NCBI GenBank assembly: GCA_963744145.1
Contig: CAVUSO010000001.1
Location: 2,240,001-2,304,000, forward strand
Direction: 5' to 3'
Source of the DNA: an uncultured cyanobacterium
GTDB lineage: Bacteria; Cyanobacteriota; Cyanobacteriia; Cyanobacteriales; CAWUOF01
DNA length: 64,000 nucleotides
Position 1 is the first letter of the stretch, and every line of letters starts with the position of its first letter. A program made the translations under genes and the position numbers. The notes beneath the pieces are model-generated. The model did no database searches. It saw only the letters and a program-made list of their open reading frames with translations, and was not told where the DNA came from. This document shows positions 29,489 through 40,945 of this stretch, piece after piece.

Positions 29489-32400
29489 TTAAACTAAAAT
29501 AAAATCCGTGGATTTCAAAGTAGTAGCTTGCACTCCTAATAAGGTAGCTAATAACTCATTGGTAGCTTTTACCTTAATTAGGGTATCTTGATTGCTCTGG
29601 ATGAAGGATAACTGGCTAAATTGTAATCCACCTTTCAAGCATAACAAATCTTCGTACTGGGTAAAATCTGTAATTACATCAGCTCCAGAACTTCCTTGGA
29701 TAATAAATTTATCGCGTCCCGGTCCACCAGTTAGGGTATCATTTCCTAGATCACCGCTGAGAACATCATCTCCATCACCACCAATGAGGATATCATCACC
29801 TTTACCACCATAAAGGGTATCATTTCCGCTGTCACCATAGAGAGTATCATTGCCTTCATTACCATAGATTAAATCATTACCATTTCCTCCATATAATAAA
29901 TCTTGTTCATTATTAGAGTCACTCGAAATAGAACTCCCATTACCACCAAATAAAGTATCATTCCCATCGCAACCACAGATGGTATCATTACCTCGATCGC
30001 CATACAGTAAATCATCCCCAGCATCACCTTCAACAATATCATCACCTTGACCAGCATGAATGGTATCATTACCATCACCTCCCGATAGAGAATCATTACC
30101 TTGATTACCAAAAAGTAAGTCATCTCCAGCACCACCATAAATTAAATCGTCTCCCGTCAGATCCGGATTGGTTGGATCGCTCGTACCACCATAAATCGTA
30201 TCGTTCCCCAAATCACCTAATAAAGTATCATTACCAAGATCGCCAAAAATTAAATCATTATCTTTACCACCGTTAACAACATCATTTCCTTGACCCGCGT
30301 AGATCAGATCATTACCTTCACCACCATTAATATAATCATTACCTTGATTACCATAAATCGTATCTTGGTCAAGATTAGAATTAACAGGAGTCAAACTTCC
30401 GACTCCACCATAAATAGCATCATTTCCATCTCCACCGATTAATAAATCATTCCCTTGATAACCCCGAATTTCATCATTACTATTAGTACCAATCAGAGTA
30501 TCATTATTTACCGTACCTAATATTTGATTGTCGGTGGAAATTGTAGGACTTGTACCAATATAGGTACTGATGGAAGCAGAATTATTACTCGTAACTGGAT
30601 CAATTACAGCTAAATTTGTGAGGGAATCAAGAACAGGATTAGGTGCAACGGTGACAGTATTAGTAATATTAATTCCCCCAACAGGTAGCAAGTTCATATC
30701 GCAACCAGTGGGAAAATCTATTGTACCGCTAATGGTTAGTCCTGCTTGGGAACCTGGACCAAGATTAATATCACTCCATTCACCATTTGAATTATTATAA
30801 TTACCGCTAGATGCTGTAAAGGTCGGATCAGGAATTTCGCTCGGTACAATATCTGCAAGATTGATATTTGCGATCGAGTCAGTAGTGCTATAATTAGTAA
30901 CAGTAATTTGATAGGAAATCGGATCACCTAGCATCGCATAAGCAGGGGCGCTAATATTTACCCCTAAATCAATAGTAGGAGGAGTAGAGCTATATTCAAA
31001 AGCACCAATATCTATAGTATTACCAACCTTTCTGGGGAAAGGTAAACCACGCTGATCACTGGTGGGAGAAGTAGCTACAGGATTTTTACCAGTATCGATC
31101 GCTTTTGAACCAGTAACTAATGCTTGAGTTTGGGTTAGTCCACCGTTATTAGCTAAGGGAGAAAGAATCGTGTTAATCGGTCCTGAAAAAGTAATATCGC
31201 TGGCAATTCCTGATGAAAAAATACCCCCATTACTGTTTTGTCCAAACAGGTTATTACCTTGGGATAAAATTAGTCCATTGCTATTAAATTCAGAATTATT
31301 AGTGGCAGTATCACCAGCAATAATACTGCTACTAATACTAAATTTAGCGTTACTGTTTGCATTACTTTTTTGATACAAACCTCCACCATTAATTGCAGAA
31401 TTACCACTAATGGTACTATGATTTATACTGACAGTACCAAATGCCTCATTATAAATACCGCCACCAAAGTTAGCATTATTACCACTAATTGTGCTGTTAA
31501 CTATAGTTGCGGTTGTGAGGTTGTTAATAGCACCAGCAAAGCTAGCGTTATTACCACTGATGGTACTGTTAGTAAGGGTTAGTGTGCCACCGTTGTTGTT
31601 AATTGCACCACCAGTCACTCCTAAATTATTGCTAATAGTGCTGTTATTTATGTTGACTACGCTGTTTGTGGATATCCCACCTCCAAAATGAGCAGAATTG
31701 GCATTAATGGTACTATTATTTAAAGTCAAAGTTCCAGTATTGTTACTGGAAATACCACCACCATTATTTCCAGCCGAATTATTACTTATAGTGCTATTGG
31801 TGAGGCTCAATGTGCCTTGATTGTTATATGCACCAGCACCCTTGCCATTTGTGCCAGTATTATTATGAATAATGCTATTAGTTACAGTTATATTTCCATA
31901 TCTGTTATAAATCCCACCACCATCAGTCTTAACAGAATTGCCACTAATAGTGCTGTTAGTAATATTAAGGGTGCTGCTAGTGTTATAAATCCCACCACCT
32001 TGACTATTATTTCTAGAGCTATTGTTGTTATTAATAGTGCTATTAGTTATAGTCATAGATGCACTATTGCGGTTGGCTATCCCACTACCATAATAACCAG
32101 AATTATCAGTGATGCTGCTATTAGTTATTGTTAATTTACTTGATTTATTGTAAATCCCACCACCGTAATTATTAGATAAATTACCAGAAATTGTGCTATT
32201 AGTAATAGTAGCATTACTATTATTGTCGATCGCAATTCCACCACCGTTAAAAGTACCTGATGCTGTACCATTACTCACCGTACTCTGATTCAAAGTTAAG
32301 GTACTACCACCAGTAACCCAGATATTTGCACCAGTCCCAGCAATCTTACCCTCAGTAATGGTCAGATCACTCAGGTTGACTGTTACTCCTGACCCAGATA

Positions 32401-33157
32401 TATTTAAGACACGATCAGTTTTGTTACCACTAATTTTTAACTCACTTGAACCTGTTCCTGCGATCGTGAGGTTCTGGTTGATTGTCAAATTTGATGCTAA
32501 TGTGATCGTTTGAGGTGTGGCAAATATCCCACTGGTATCAAAAACAATTGTATCTCCTGGTGCTGCTGCGGCAATTTGGTCTCTTAAGGAACCCGTACCA
32601 CTATCATTTGTATTAGTAACTATTAATGTATCCAGTCGATGTTTATATCCTGCTACTGATGGATTGAAGATTCCTAATGGTTGAATTGGTCCGGTGCTAT
32701 ATTCTAAATTCCAGTTACCACCTACCACTTGACCACCAGTTACATCTGTGGAAGCAGCAACATTGGTTTTGGTTAAATTCGCTAATGCTTGTACTAAAGA
32801 TTGACCTGGTTTTGTGGCAGCGATATTACAACCATAGAGTAAAATATCTGCATCTGGTGCTAAATCTTTCTGCCATGCTTGCAATTGTCCAGTATAATTA
32901 CTCAGACTGCTCAAATTTAATTTTGATGAACTAAAATCTAATTCTCCAGCCCGACCGTGAGAGATAATATTTACGCTCTGGATATTGTGATATTGTGCTA
33001 GTGTTTTGGTGATTTGAGCGATCGCATCTGCTTGGGGTTTGAGGATGACAACTGCTGTACTGGGCAATATATCATTTACCAATGTTTCATAGTCTGGTAC
33101 ACTAGGGTCGATGAAAGCGATACTGGTAGGATCTAGATCGGTTTTAAAATTGTTCAT
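29489..33157 (-). CDS. Large secreted surface protein: DUF4347, beta-helix (choice-of-anchor-Q-like), DUF11, RTX Ca-binding repeats
   Basis: FIDPSVPDY..ISHG..LLYGCN..AASTD; NSTISGN..GGGI repeats; PLANNGGLTQT..DQRG..DIGAFE; many GGxGND nonapeptides. Confidence 0.85.
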   Translation of the reverse strand: MNNFKTDLDPTSIAFIDPSVPDYETLVNDILPSTAVVILKPQADAIAQITKTLAQYHNIQSVNIISHGRAGELDFSSSKLNLSSLSNYTGQLQAWQKDLAPDADILLYGCNIAATKPGQSLVQALANLTKTNVAASTDVTGGQVVGGNWNLEYSTGPIQPLGIFNPSVAGYKHRLDTLIVTNTNDSGTGSLRDQIAAAAPGDTIVFDTSGIFATPQTITLASNLTINQNLTIAGTGSSELKISGNKTDRVLNISGSGVTVNLSDLTITEGKIAGTGANIWVTGGSTLTLNQSTVSNGTASGTFNGGGIAIDNNSNATITNSTISGNLSNNYGGGIYNKSSKLTITNSSITDNSGYYGSGIANRNSASMTITNSTINNNNSSRNNSQGGGIYNTSSTLNITNSTISGNSVKTDGGGIYNRYGNITVTNSIIHNNTGTNGKGAGAYNNQGTLSLTNSTISNNSAGNNGGGISSNNTGTLTLNNSTINANSAHFGGGISTNSVVNINNSTISNNLGVTGGAINNNGGTLTLTNSTISGNNASFAGAINNLTTATIVNSTISGNNANFGGGIYNEAFGTVSINHSTISGNSAINGGGLYQKSNANSNAKFSISSSIIAGDTATNNSEFNSNGLILSQGNNLFGQNSNGGIFSSGIASDITFSGPINTILSPLANNGGLTQTQALVTGSKAIDTGKNPVATSPTSDQRGLPFPRKVGNTIDIGAFEYSSTPPTIDLGVNISAPAYAMLGDPISYQITVTNYSTTDSIANINLADIVPSEIPDPTFTASSGNYNNSNGEWSDINLGPGSQAGLTISGTIDFPTGCDMNLLPVGGINITNTVTVAPNPVLDSLTNLAVIDPVTSNNSASISTYIGTSPTISTDNQILGTVNNDTLIGTNSNDEIRGYQGNDLLIGGDGNDAIYGGVGSLTPVNSNLDQDTIYGNQGNDYINGGEGNDLIYAGQGNDVVNGGKDNDLIFGDLGNDTLLGDLGNDTIYGGTSDPTNPDLTGDDLIYGGAGDDLLFGNQGNDSLSGGDGNDTIHAGQGDDIVEGDAGDDLLYGDRGNDTICGCDGNDTLFGGNGSSISSDSNNEQDLLYGGNGNDLIYGNEGNDTLYGDSGNDTLYGGKGDDILIGGDGDDVLSGDLGNDTLTGGPGRDKFIIQGSSGADVITDFTQYEDLLCLKGGLQFSQLSFIQSNQDTLIKVKATNELLATLLGVQATTLKSTDFILV

Positions 33158-33264
33158 GGTTAATAAAGCTATGCTTAATAAATTATTCGGGTTTTATTTC
33201 TCTAGAAAAATCTCTAGAATATAATTGCAATTTTACAATTATTTTCTATAATACAATTAATTTT

Positions 33265-33356
33265 GGCGTTGCTGATTTACGGTATGAATAAAGAATTTGT
33301 AGGGGCGTATGGCCATACGCCCCTACAGGATTTTTATACCCTGATTAAGCAACGCC
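33265..33356. mobile_element. Second copy of the GGCGTT-TIR MITE with internal REP
   Basis: ggcgttgctgatt...ttaagcaacgcc; flanks ttaatttt/ttaacttt (7/8 target duplication); REP at 33299-33326. Confidence 0.8.
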
Positions 33357-33410
33357 TTAACTTTCAGTGAAACTTATTTTTCAATTCTGGAAATATCTCC
33401 CCAAAAAGGA

Positions 33411-35741
33411 TCAAAAATGCTTCTGGGTCTCTTCCCTTAGATATTCTTTTAAGGCAACAATAACACGATTAAATACTCCTTTCCAGTCTCCTGGTTCTGA
33501 TTGACGAAATAATCTCATGGTCGGATACCAAGGAGTATCAACTCGCTCTAACATCCATCTCCAATCTGGATAAGTGGACAACAAAACCCAAACTGGTTTA
33601 CCTAATGCTCCAGCTAAGTGAGCAACAGATGTATCGACACTAATTACTAAATCTAATTGAGCGATCGCATGGGCTGTATCGCTATAATTATTCAAGTAAG
33701 GACTTAAATCGGAGACATTAAATTCCTGTAATTTAGCTAAGTCTCCTGATGAAATTGGTTTTTGCAAACTATAAAAACTGATCTGCTGAGTTTTAACAAT
33801 TGGCTCAAAATCTGCAAATTGACAGGAACGATGATGATTATCGCGATGAGTAGAACTACCTGCCCAAACAATACCAACTTTAAACTTTTTCACGGATTTA
33901 ATGAACGAGAAGATCGAAAAATTTTCTGGTACTTTTAAATAGGGTATTTGAGCAGGAATTGTAGCTAAAGTTGTCTGAAAAATATAGGGTAAGCTCATTA
34001 AGGGAATATAAACATCAAAATCAGAAATAAGAATATCACCAGGAGGAATAATTCGCTCAATCTCAGGAATAGTAGTAAAGAGAGATATTAAATCGGGTAT
34101 GCAAACTAAAATAATCCGGCAATCGGACTGTGCAACTAAAGGAATATAGCGAATAAATTGAATTGCATCTCCTGCACCTTGTTCAGTATGAATGAGAATA
34201 GTTTTTCCGCTAAGATCATGACCATCCCATAAAGGTTGAGGACAAATAAAAGGTTTAAAATTATTAGTTTTCCAGCGCCACTCACTTTCAGCAAAACCAT
34301 TCAGTAAGTCTCCCATTTGTAAGAATGCTAGACCTAAATTAAAGTGAGCATCGGGGAAATCAGCTTGAATACTAATTGCTCTTTGATAATAACCGATCGC
34401 TAAGGATAAAAGATGTTGACGCTGATAAGCTATTCCTAAATTATGATAAGCTTGAGCATAGTTTGGATCGGTATCAATTACTTGTTGGAGTTGAGCGATC
34501 GCCTCTGTCCAGTCTTCTTGTTCAATATAAACAACACCTAAGTTATACCGAGCGATTAAATAGTCTGGGTTTAAATTTAAACATTGTTGATATTGCAGTG
34601 CTGCTTGTGGTAAGTTGCGTTGATGATAAAAATCATTGCCTAAATTTAGAAAATATTCAGCATCATCAGCTTCAGAAATTCTTTCAGTTAATACTAATTC
34701 TTGTAATACTTCATCAGGTAATACATAAGAACTTCCTAATAATTTTTCATCCCAGTCAATCACTTCGGGAAAATAATAACCAGGGAGAATGCTAATGGCA
34801 AAAATTTCCTGAACAGCATCTTCAAATTTCAAGAAAGCGATAATTTCCCCAGTATGAATATGTACAACCCAGATACCACAATTGGGTTCGGTTAATCTTT
34901 CTGTAATTGGAAGACCACTAAAAATCGCCGTTTCGCGAACTTGGGAAAGACCAATAAAAGCTAAGTTTCCATAAAAATCTATTCCACGAGTAAAACCAGG
35001 AAGTTGAGTAACTGTGATTAACTTACCAGAATTGAGATCGACTTTGGCTAGACTACCATTACCTGATTCTAAAATCCAAACTTGCTCTTGATACCAACGA
35101 GGTGAATGGGGCATTGATAAACCCTGACAGATAATTTCATGACTAGGAATATCGATTAAAATACCACCATTAACTTTATTTTTTCTCCATCCAACTGCTG
35201 TATCGGTTTCTCCTAAAGCTGTAACATATTGTGCTTGATCATCTCGAACCGCAAAACCATTGAGATGACAGCGATCGCTTAAATCATAAGCACTGATAAA
35301 TTTCGGTTTCCATTGAGGTCTAAAATTATGGATCTGATCAAGAGTACATAAACAAGAAAACTTAGTATTAACAAACCATAATTCATCTTGAATATAAGCC
35401 ATTTCATGAATATCAATATCGCCCGTAATATGAGTACGACGGGGTAGATAACAAGCATCATGTTTACCCAGAGGTTCAAGCTTTTCTGCTACTGCTGGAA
35501 TATTGCGAAGTTCCCAAATTTGATAAGTCGTACCGATCGCTAACTTTTCCCGATTTGCGGCTATTCCCATCGGGCGATCGAACATCCGAAAATGAGTATT
35601 AATTTTATCTCCATCTGCCCGAATCACAATTAGTTTTCCCGCTTGATAAGTAGAAACAACTAAAGAGATCCCTAACTGGGAGAGGAGATTCGGAAGGTTC
35701 GTAGTGTGAACACTTTGTAAAGATAAATTTGGGTCATTCAT
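33411..35741 (-). CDS. TIGR03032 (DUF4915) domain, TPR, GT9-like glycosyltransferase fusion
   Basis: SLVVSTYQAGKL, HITGDIDIHE, DRCHLNG, GLSMPHSPRW; TPRs; EQGAGDAIQF.RY, DLVISVDTSVAHLAGALG, WYPTMRLFRQ. Confidence 0.88.
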   Translation of the reverse strand: MNDPNLSLQSVHTTNLPNLLSQLGISLVVSTYQAGKLIVIRADGDKINTHFRMFDRPMGIAANREKLAIGTTYQIWELRNIPAVAEKLEPLGKHDACYLPRRTHITGDIDIHEMAYIQDELWFVNTKFSCLCTLDQIHNFRPQWKPKFISAYDLSDRCHLNGFAVRDDQAQYVTALGETDTAVGWRKNKVNGGILIDIPSHEIICQGLSMPHSPRWYQEQVWILESGNGSLAKVDLNSGKLITVTQLPGFTRGIDFYGNLAFIGLSQVRETAIFSGLPITERLTEPNCGIWVVHIHTGEIIAFLKFEDAVQEIFAISILPGYYFPEVIDWDEKLLGSSYVLPDEVLQELVLTERISEADDAEYFLNLGNDFYHQRNLPQAALQYQQCLNLNPDYLIARYNLGVVYIEQEDWTEAIAQLQQVIDTDPNYAQAYHNLGIAYQRQHLLSLAIGYYQRAISIQADFPDAHFNLGLAFLQMGDLLNGFAESEWRWKTNNFKPFICPQPLWDGHDLSGKTILIHTEQGAGDAIQFIRYIPLVAQSDCRIILVCIPDLISLFTTIPEIERIIPPGDILISDFDVYIPLMSLPYIFQTTLATIPAQIPYLKVPENFSIFSFIKSVKKFKVGIVWAGSSTHRDNHHRSCQFADFEPIVKTQQISFYSLQKPISSGDLAKLQEFNVSDLSPYLNNYSDTAHAIAQLDLVISVDTSVAHLAGALGKPVWVLLSTYPDWRWMLERVDTPWYPTMRLFRQSEPGDWKGVFNRVIVALKEYLREETQKHF

Positions 35742-35902
35742 GCGAGCAAAAAGACTCTGTCAGTAGGGAAAATACTATCCTATTTTAGTTAAAAACCAGA
35801 TCCTCTACCCAGAAAATAAATCTTTCTAATTATGGCGATCGGCAACCAGAAGCGATACGGCGGATGACCTATTGATGAAGTACAGTCAGTTATCTCGTTT
35901 GG

Positions 35903-36166
35903 TTGGGCGGGTTTATGATGGGGATCGATTTGGATCAGAATTATTGGTGAACCCGCCCCTACAAATCCTGGTTAATTCTGAAACCGAGCAGATTTGATTA
36001 ATCTGACGGGCAGAAAATCTGTTTAAACATCGGAAATTCGATCACCTGTAGGGGCGGGTTCACCGATGAATCTGTCACACACAAATAACCCTTGTGCCGA
36101 GCGCTTGCCCTGAGTGTAGTCGAAGGGTAGTCGAGGTATTAATGAACCCGCCCCACCCCACAGATC
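35903..36166. repeat. Paired gtaggggcgggttcacc-type REP hairpins with nested small elements
   Basis: gggcgggttt..ggtgaacccgcccctac and gtaggggcgggttcacc..gaacccgcccc; 24-nt element cttgccctgagtgtagtcgaaggg at 36104-36127. Confidence 0.75.
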
Positions 36167-36258
36167 ACCTGAATGAACTCCTCAAATACATCCCATCGCA
36201 TTAATCTCAACCAGAAGAATAGGGAGTTGCATAAGTGCAACTCCCCATAATTTTTGAG

Positions 36259-37707
36259 TTAATTGTGTGATCCTAAAAGTTGAAATTGTTGTTCATTTAA
36301 ACGACCTGATTCATATAAAGTTTGGGCAATTTCCGACATAGTTAAAACGGAATGACTACAATAACCATTTTGTTCAAGTTTACCTTTCACTCCTTTTTCG
36401 TGATCAATAAATACCACAATATCGCGCACATTTAAACCCACAGATTTAATTTTTTCAGCTCCTTCCATCACACTGTTACCGCTGATCATAATATCATCAA
36501 CAACTACCACTGTTTCTCCAGCATGAAAATGACCTTCGATCGCGCGACGAGTCCCGTGAGCTTTAATTTCTTTGCGGGGAAAAATCATCGGACGATCTAA
36601 ACGTAGAGCTAAACCAGTTGCGGTTGGTAAAGCTCCATAGGGAATACCCGCAATGCGATCGAATTCTAAATTTTTGAGAATTTCTGCATAAGCACTGACT
36701 ACTTGATGGAAAATTTGGGGATGGGAGATAATTTTGCGGAGATCTATATAATAAGGAAAGATCGCTCCCGATGCTTGCACGTAACTACCAAACATAATAC
36801 AGCCGAGATCATAAAGCTGTAAAATTAAGTCTAAATGTGGGGAGCCATTTAATAAGCATAGATCTGGTAACCACAGATCACAACTAGATCCCTCAACTGC
36901 TAAACGAGTTCTTTCTTGATTAATTTCATCCCGGAGCAACTCGATCTCTTTTCCCGAGCGATCGCTAGTTAATAAATATTGGGGTATAGGAATAATCAAA
37001 CCATCACCTTGGGAATTTAACCCAGCTTCTAAGGTTTTGGATAAATCTCCACCTTTGTTCCAAATTCCACGGACTAAAATTAGTCGTTCTGGAGCGATCG
37101 CGCGAATCCGAGCTAGAATTTCCGGTTTAGTCGTTCCTACTTCTAATCCTAACTCTTCAGGTGGTGCCAAAGTTTTCGCTTCTTTTACCACTTGTAAATA
37201 AACAGGTGCTGTGGTGGTGGGATATTCTTGGAAAACCGCACCAGAAGGATTAGCGGTACAACAGACAATAAAAACCGCTTTATTAGGATAGACCAAAAAC
37301 GGTGCTACTAATTCCTGTCCTGCATAAATATTCAGAGTAACAGCATCTACCCCCCAATCAGCAAAAATTGTTTCTGCAAAAACACTACTACTGGCAAGAT
37401 CGCTATGCTTTGCATCTAAAATGATCGGAATGTGATCAGGGATGAGGGATAAAGTTTTTTGCAGTAATTCTAATCCGGGCGCACCTAATGCCTGGTAAAA
37501 TCCTAAAGTTGGCTTATAGGCACATACCAAATTAACAGTTTGAGCGATTTGGAATTTCCACCAGTCCCAGAGATCGTTAATCAGTTTACTTTTGTCCCCT
37601 TCTTCATAGTTATAGTTGGGAAGGGTTTCGGGATCGGGATCGAGTCCTAAGCACAAAAGACTGCGATTACGGTCAATTGCGGCATTTAGTTTATCAAAAA
37701 AGTTCAT
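36259..37707 (-). CDS. pyrFE: Bifunctional orotidine-5'-phosphate decarboxylase / orotate phosphoribosyltransferase
   Basis: LCLGLDP, AYKPTLGFY, ILDAKHSD; YYIDLR, GIPYGALP, RKEIKAHGT, VVVDD. Confidence 0.93.
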   Translation of the reverse strand: MNFFDKLNAAIDRNRSLLCLGLDPDPETLPNYNYEEGDKSKLINDLWDWWKFQIAQTVNLVCAYKPTLGFYQALGAPGLELLQKTLSLIPDHIPIILDAKHSDLASSSVFAETIFADWGVDAVTLNIYAGQELVAPFLVYPNKAVFIVCCTANPSGAVFQEYPTTTAPVYLQVVKEAKTLAPPEELGLEVGTTKPEILARIRAIAPERLILVRGIWNKGGDLSKTLEAGLNSQGDGLIIPIPQYLLTSDRSGKEIELLRDEINQERTRLAVEGSSCDLWLPDLCLLNGSPHLDLILQLYDLGCIMFGSYVQASGAIFPYYIDLRKIISHPQIFHQVVSAYAEILKNLEFDRIAGIPYGALPTATGLALRLDRPMIFPRKEIKAHGTRRAIEGHFHAGETVVVVDDIMISGNSVMEGAEKIKSVGLNVRDIVVFIDHEKGVKGKLEQNGYCSHSVLTMSEIAQTLYESGRLNEQQFQLLGSHN

Positions 37708-38416
37708 TTTTTATTTACAGGATTGTCTGTAATAACTATTTTATGACTGAAGGCACCCACAAATATCACCAATCTGACTGGATGTCCTGCTCTAGCTCCC
37801 CCGACCAGATCATGACCCCAACTTGGTAAAAGTAGCTGTCCATCCGACATCAAGCTAATCCCGACGTTGGTACTGTCTACTTTTTCTGCGATCGTCACAT
37901 ATTTATTTGCGATCGCACCAAAGGGTATGGTTTTGAGTTCTTCAGCACCAGATTGAGAACGTGATCCTTCAATCTGATTGGTACGTGGATATTTATAAAT
38001 TTCCGCGATCATTGATCCAAGTGATCGGGGAGCTGCTCTAGTTGGTATATAATTTAACATCCTCACATCTCCGGGATAAAATCAGGATGCTGAACGTCTG
38101 ATTTTGGTTTCCCCGATCGCTCAAACCCTGAACCACTCAGCTCATTGGTGCGATCGCGATTGACCAGCAGAAAACTAGACAACTGACAGATCATGCTATC
38201 TATCTTTACAATTTGATTCTGGTTAAACTAAACTTCTTTAGTATCAACAGACGATCAGTAGGTGAATAACATTTACCTGATTTTTCAGGTGAGGCGTTGG
38301 CTAAACTTGCTGCTATAGTAGACAAGATTAGGATTGACTCCATCTTTGCCAAAATTACCCTACTGTTGAGTAAACCCAAAAATGTCTCTAGTTTTAATTG
38401 TCATAAGTAATCGCGT

Positions 38417-39160
38417 ATGATCAGGAAAAATAGTCAGATCCATAGGTCAATGTCAACAAAATCAATTACATTGAGATTCTCCGCAGAATTAATAAGTGCG
38501 ATCGATGCACAAGTCCGGTCTACCGGTAGTAACCGCAATGAAGTAGTAGTTAACGCTCTCCAACAAGCTTTCCAACAAGCTGAGGAAATAGATCTCCTTA
38601 CCGATGACGATGATGATCTGAGCAATCGTTTAGACCTACTTGCTCAACAAGTAGCGGATCTAGAAGAAAGACTAGATGAGGATGTTCTGGAAAGTCTGAT
38701 CAAAAGAATTACTATTCTCGAAAAAATCGTGGATTCTCAAAAAGATCCGATCGACCCAGTACCAGCAATTGCAGCAAGTCAGTCAAAATCCCAGAAAAAA
38801 AATCCACCAGCTGCTGAACGTAGTCGTCAGGGGAAAACCTTAACTACTACTTCAACCAAATCAACCCAAACCAAAACTAAACCGGAATCAAAGTCATCAG
38901 CTAAAACAGCTAAAACTGTTTCAAATTCGACTCCAACTCCGGCAAAAATTGATGAATGGTTGAGCGTTAAAGAAGCATTTACCTGGTTGGGTGGTAATCC
39001 CAATCAAAGTAATTCCACCGTCAGCAGTCGAGATGGTTCTCGCTCGATCACATTTAATCGTTTCCGAGTATTAAATGCTTCTGATTATAAGTTGTTTGGG
39101 TTAGAATTCAAACAAGATCGTCGTCAACGCAAACTACCCTGTTTAAGACCAATGGGGTAG
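38417..39160 (+). CDS. Ribbon-helix-helix (CopG-like) N-terminal protein with coiled coil and low-complexity linker (start may be 38450)
   Basis: KSITLRFSAELISAIDAQ..STGSNRNEVVVNAL is an RHH pattern. Confidence 0.65.
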   Translation: MIRKNSQIHRSMSTKSITLRFSAELISAIDAQVRSTGSNRNEVVVNALQQAFQQAEEIDLLTDDDDDLSNRLDLLAQQVADLEERLDEDVLESLIKRITILEKIVDSQKDPIDPVPAIAASQSKSQKKNPPAAERSRQGKTLTTTSTKSTQTKTKPESKSSAKTAKTVSNSTPTPAKIDEWLSVKEAFTWLGGNPNQSNSTVSSRDGSRSITFNRFRVLNASDYKLFGLEFKQDRRQRKLPCLRPMG

Positions 39161-40555
39161 TTTAAGCACACTCTTTTTCGGGTCAGGAATCCAAGTAGCG
39201 TGAAAACCGTATGGTACTCTTTGGGGAATCAGCACTCGCGCTACAGGTTCATTGGTAATATTTTTAGCACTGACTACTACCAATTCAGAAGTTTTCTGAT
39301 TTTGATCATAAACAAAAGTCATCAACCAACCATCATCTTCGCTTTGGGCTCCTAAAGCGGAAACAAATACAGATTCACCACCATAACGTCCCTCACCAAA
39401 TAGATGAGTTTGAGATTGATTGGTATGGAAATCATGCTTAATTATCCCCTTAAATAAAGGTACATCACTAGACTCCTCCTGTGCAGTATAGCCGTAGCGA
39501 TTACTTCTACCTAAAAATTTCTCGTTAATGCGGGGAAATTCCGAGGGAAGATCATCTAATTGTTCCTCCTTTACATGACCCGTATTGAGGTTAAACCTCC
39601 AACGATATAAGTAAGGTATATCGTAATCTCCTACCCTTGATATTGATGTATCTAACACATTAGTACCCTTCATCCGACAAGCGATTAAAATGATTTCATC
39701 ACCTAGTTCATACGCGTTTAAAGTATGAAAAATATAGCAAGCTGGTGTTTCAAACCAACGAATACTGCTGTTATTTTCATACCTGGGTAAAATCCCAAAT
39801 CGACTAGCGCGATCGCTGACAAATATTAATCCTGGTTCACCTTTTTGCATCCGTTCACCGCTAAAAATTAACGGTAAATCCATAAAAATAGTATAATGTT
39901 CAGTGATCGCAAAATCGTGCATCATCACTCCCATCGGTAAGTCAATGGGTACGGTTTGTAATAGCTTTCCCGTCGGGGAAACTATGCCATAATATAGATA
40001 AGGAGGTTGAAAAACAGAGTAACCAAAAAAGATCATTTCCCCAGTTTCAGGATCAACTTTGGGATGAGCTGTAAATGGTGATGTTAATTGACCTTGATAA
40101 TTGTAAAGACCAACGGTTTCTAGTTCTGGTACTTTGATCTCATAAGGTGCACCTCCTTCCCAAAGAGCTAACAGCCGATCAGCATGATATACTAAGGCGG
40201 TATTAGCGGTATTTTTTACTGGACCATAAGGATGATCATTGACAAACGGTTCTAATATTCCTGTCCAAATCCCTCGATGAGCTTGATGCTCAATTTGAAA
40301 ACCTTGGGTTTGCACATAGCGGTTACGATAGGATGCTTTACCATTACTCAATAACACTCCATGTAACATTCCATCTCCATCAAACCAATGGTATTTCCCT
40401 TGGGGTGGAAATTGGGGATTAGGTCCGTTCCGGATGAACATTCCTGACAATTCGGTCGGTAATGTACCAATCACTTGCAGTTCAGGAGTGCTAATTTCCT
40501 CTGATACTGGAGCAAAGTTACCCGTGAGAAAGGGATTGACTGTGGTAGGGGTCAT
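39143..40555 (-). CDS. Carotenoid cleavage oxygenase (RPE65 family)
   Basis: FIRNGPNPQF, HWFDGDGMLH, FTAHPKVDP, MMHDF, YIFH, RVPYGFH (four Fe-ligand His). Confidence 0.93.
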   Translation of the reverse strand: MTPTTVNPFLTGNFAPVSEEISTPELQVIGTLPTELSGMFIRNGPNPQFPPQGKYHWFDGDGMLHGVLLSNGKASYRNRYVQTQGFQIEHQAHRGIWTGILEPFVNDHPYGPVKNTANTALVYHADRLLALWEGGAPYEIKVPELETVGLYNYQGQLTSPFTAHPKVDPETGEMIFFGYSVFQPPYLYYGIVSPTGKLLQTVPIDLPMGVMMHDFAITEHYTIFMDLPLIFSGERMQKGEPGLIFVSDRASRFGILPRYENNSSIRWFETPACYIFHTLNAYELGDEIILIACRMKGTNVLDTSISRVGDYDIPYLYRWRFNLNTGHVKEEQLDDLPSEFPRINEKFLGRSNRYGYTAQEESSDVPLFKGIIKHDFHTNQSQTHLFGEGRYGGESVFVSALGAQSEDDGWLMTFVYDQNQKTSELVVVSAKNITNEPVARVLIPQRVPYGFHATWIPDPKKSVLKLPHWS

Positions 40556-40945
40556 TTTTTGTTAGTGGAGAGTAAATAGAGTTACTTTTGTAACAAAACT
40601 TTACTTTTTTTAGCCATATTAGTCAAGTGTCTAGTAACTATGACTGGTTTTTTTCAGGAAAATTGGGTCATGAACTAGGACGAGCAGTCGGACATTCAAA
40701 ACTAGATAAATTTACGGATATTAGCTTTTTTTGCAGGAAAGATATTAATTTTTTTTACAAAAAAGGACTAATTTTCAATAGTTACGTCAGAATTAGATAA
40801 TGATCAATTTCCTAGTTAAATAAGAAAGAACCTTTTCCCAATTAATTATTCTCCAGCAGCGATCGCGGGTACGATTTTTTAAGCAGAAGAAGGGTGAAGC
40901 ATTGACCTTTAGAAAAAAGCTTTTGGCAAAAACAGGAGAAAGAAG

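Noticed and set aside
29592..32934. Several short ORFs overlapping the RTX gene
   Set aside because: Shadow frames produced by the repetitive, biased coding sequence
37704..38066. 120-aa ORF upstream of pyrFE
   Set aside because: No recognisable family or motifs; cannot be supported from sequence alone
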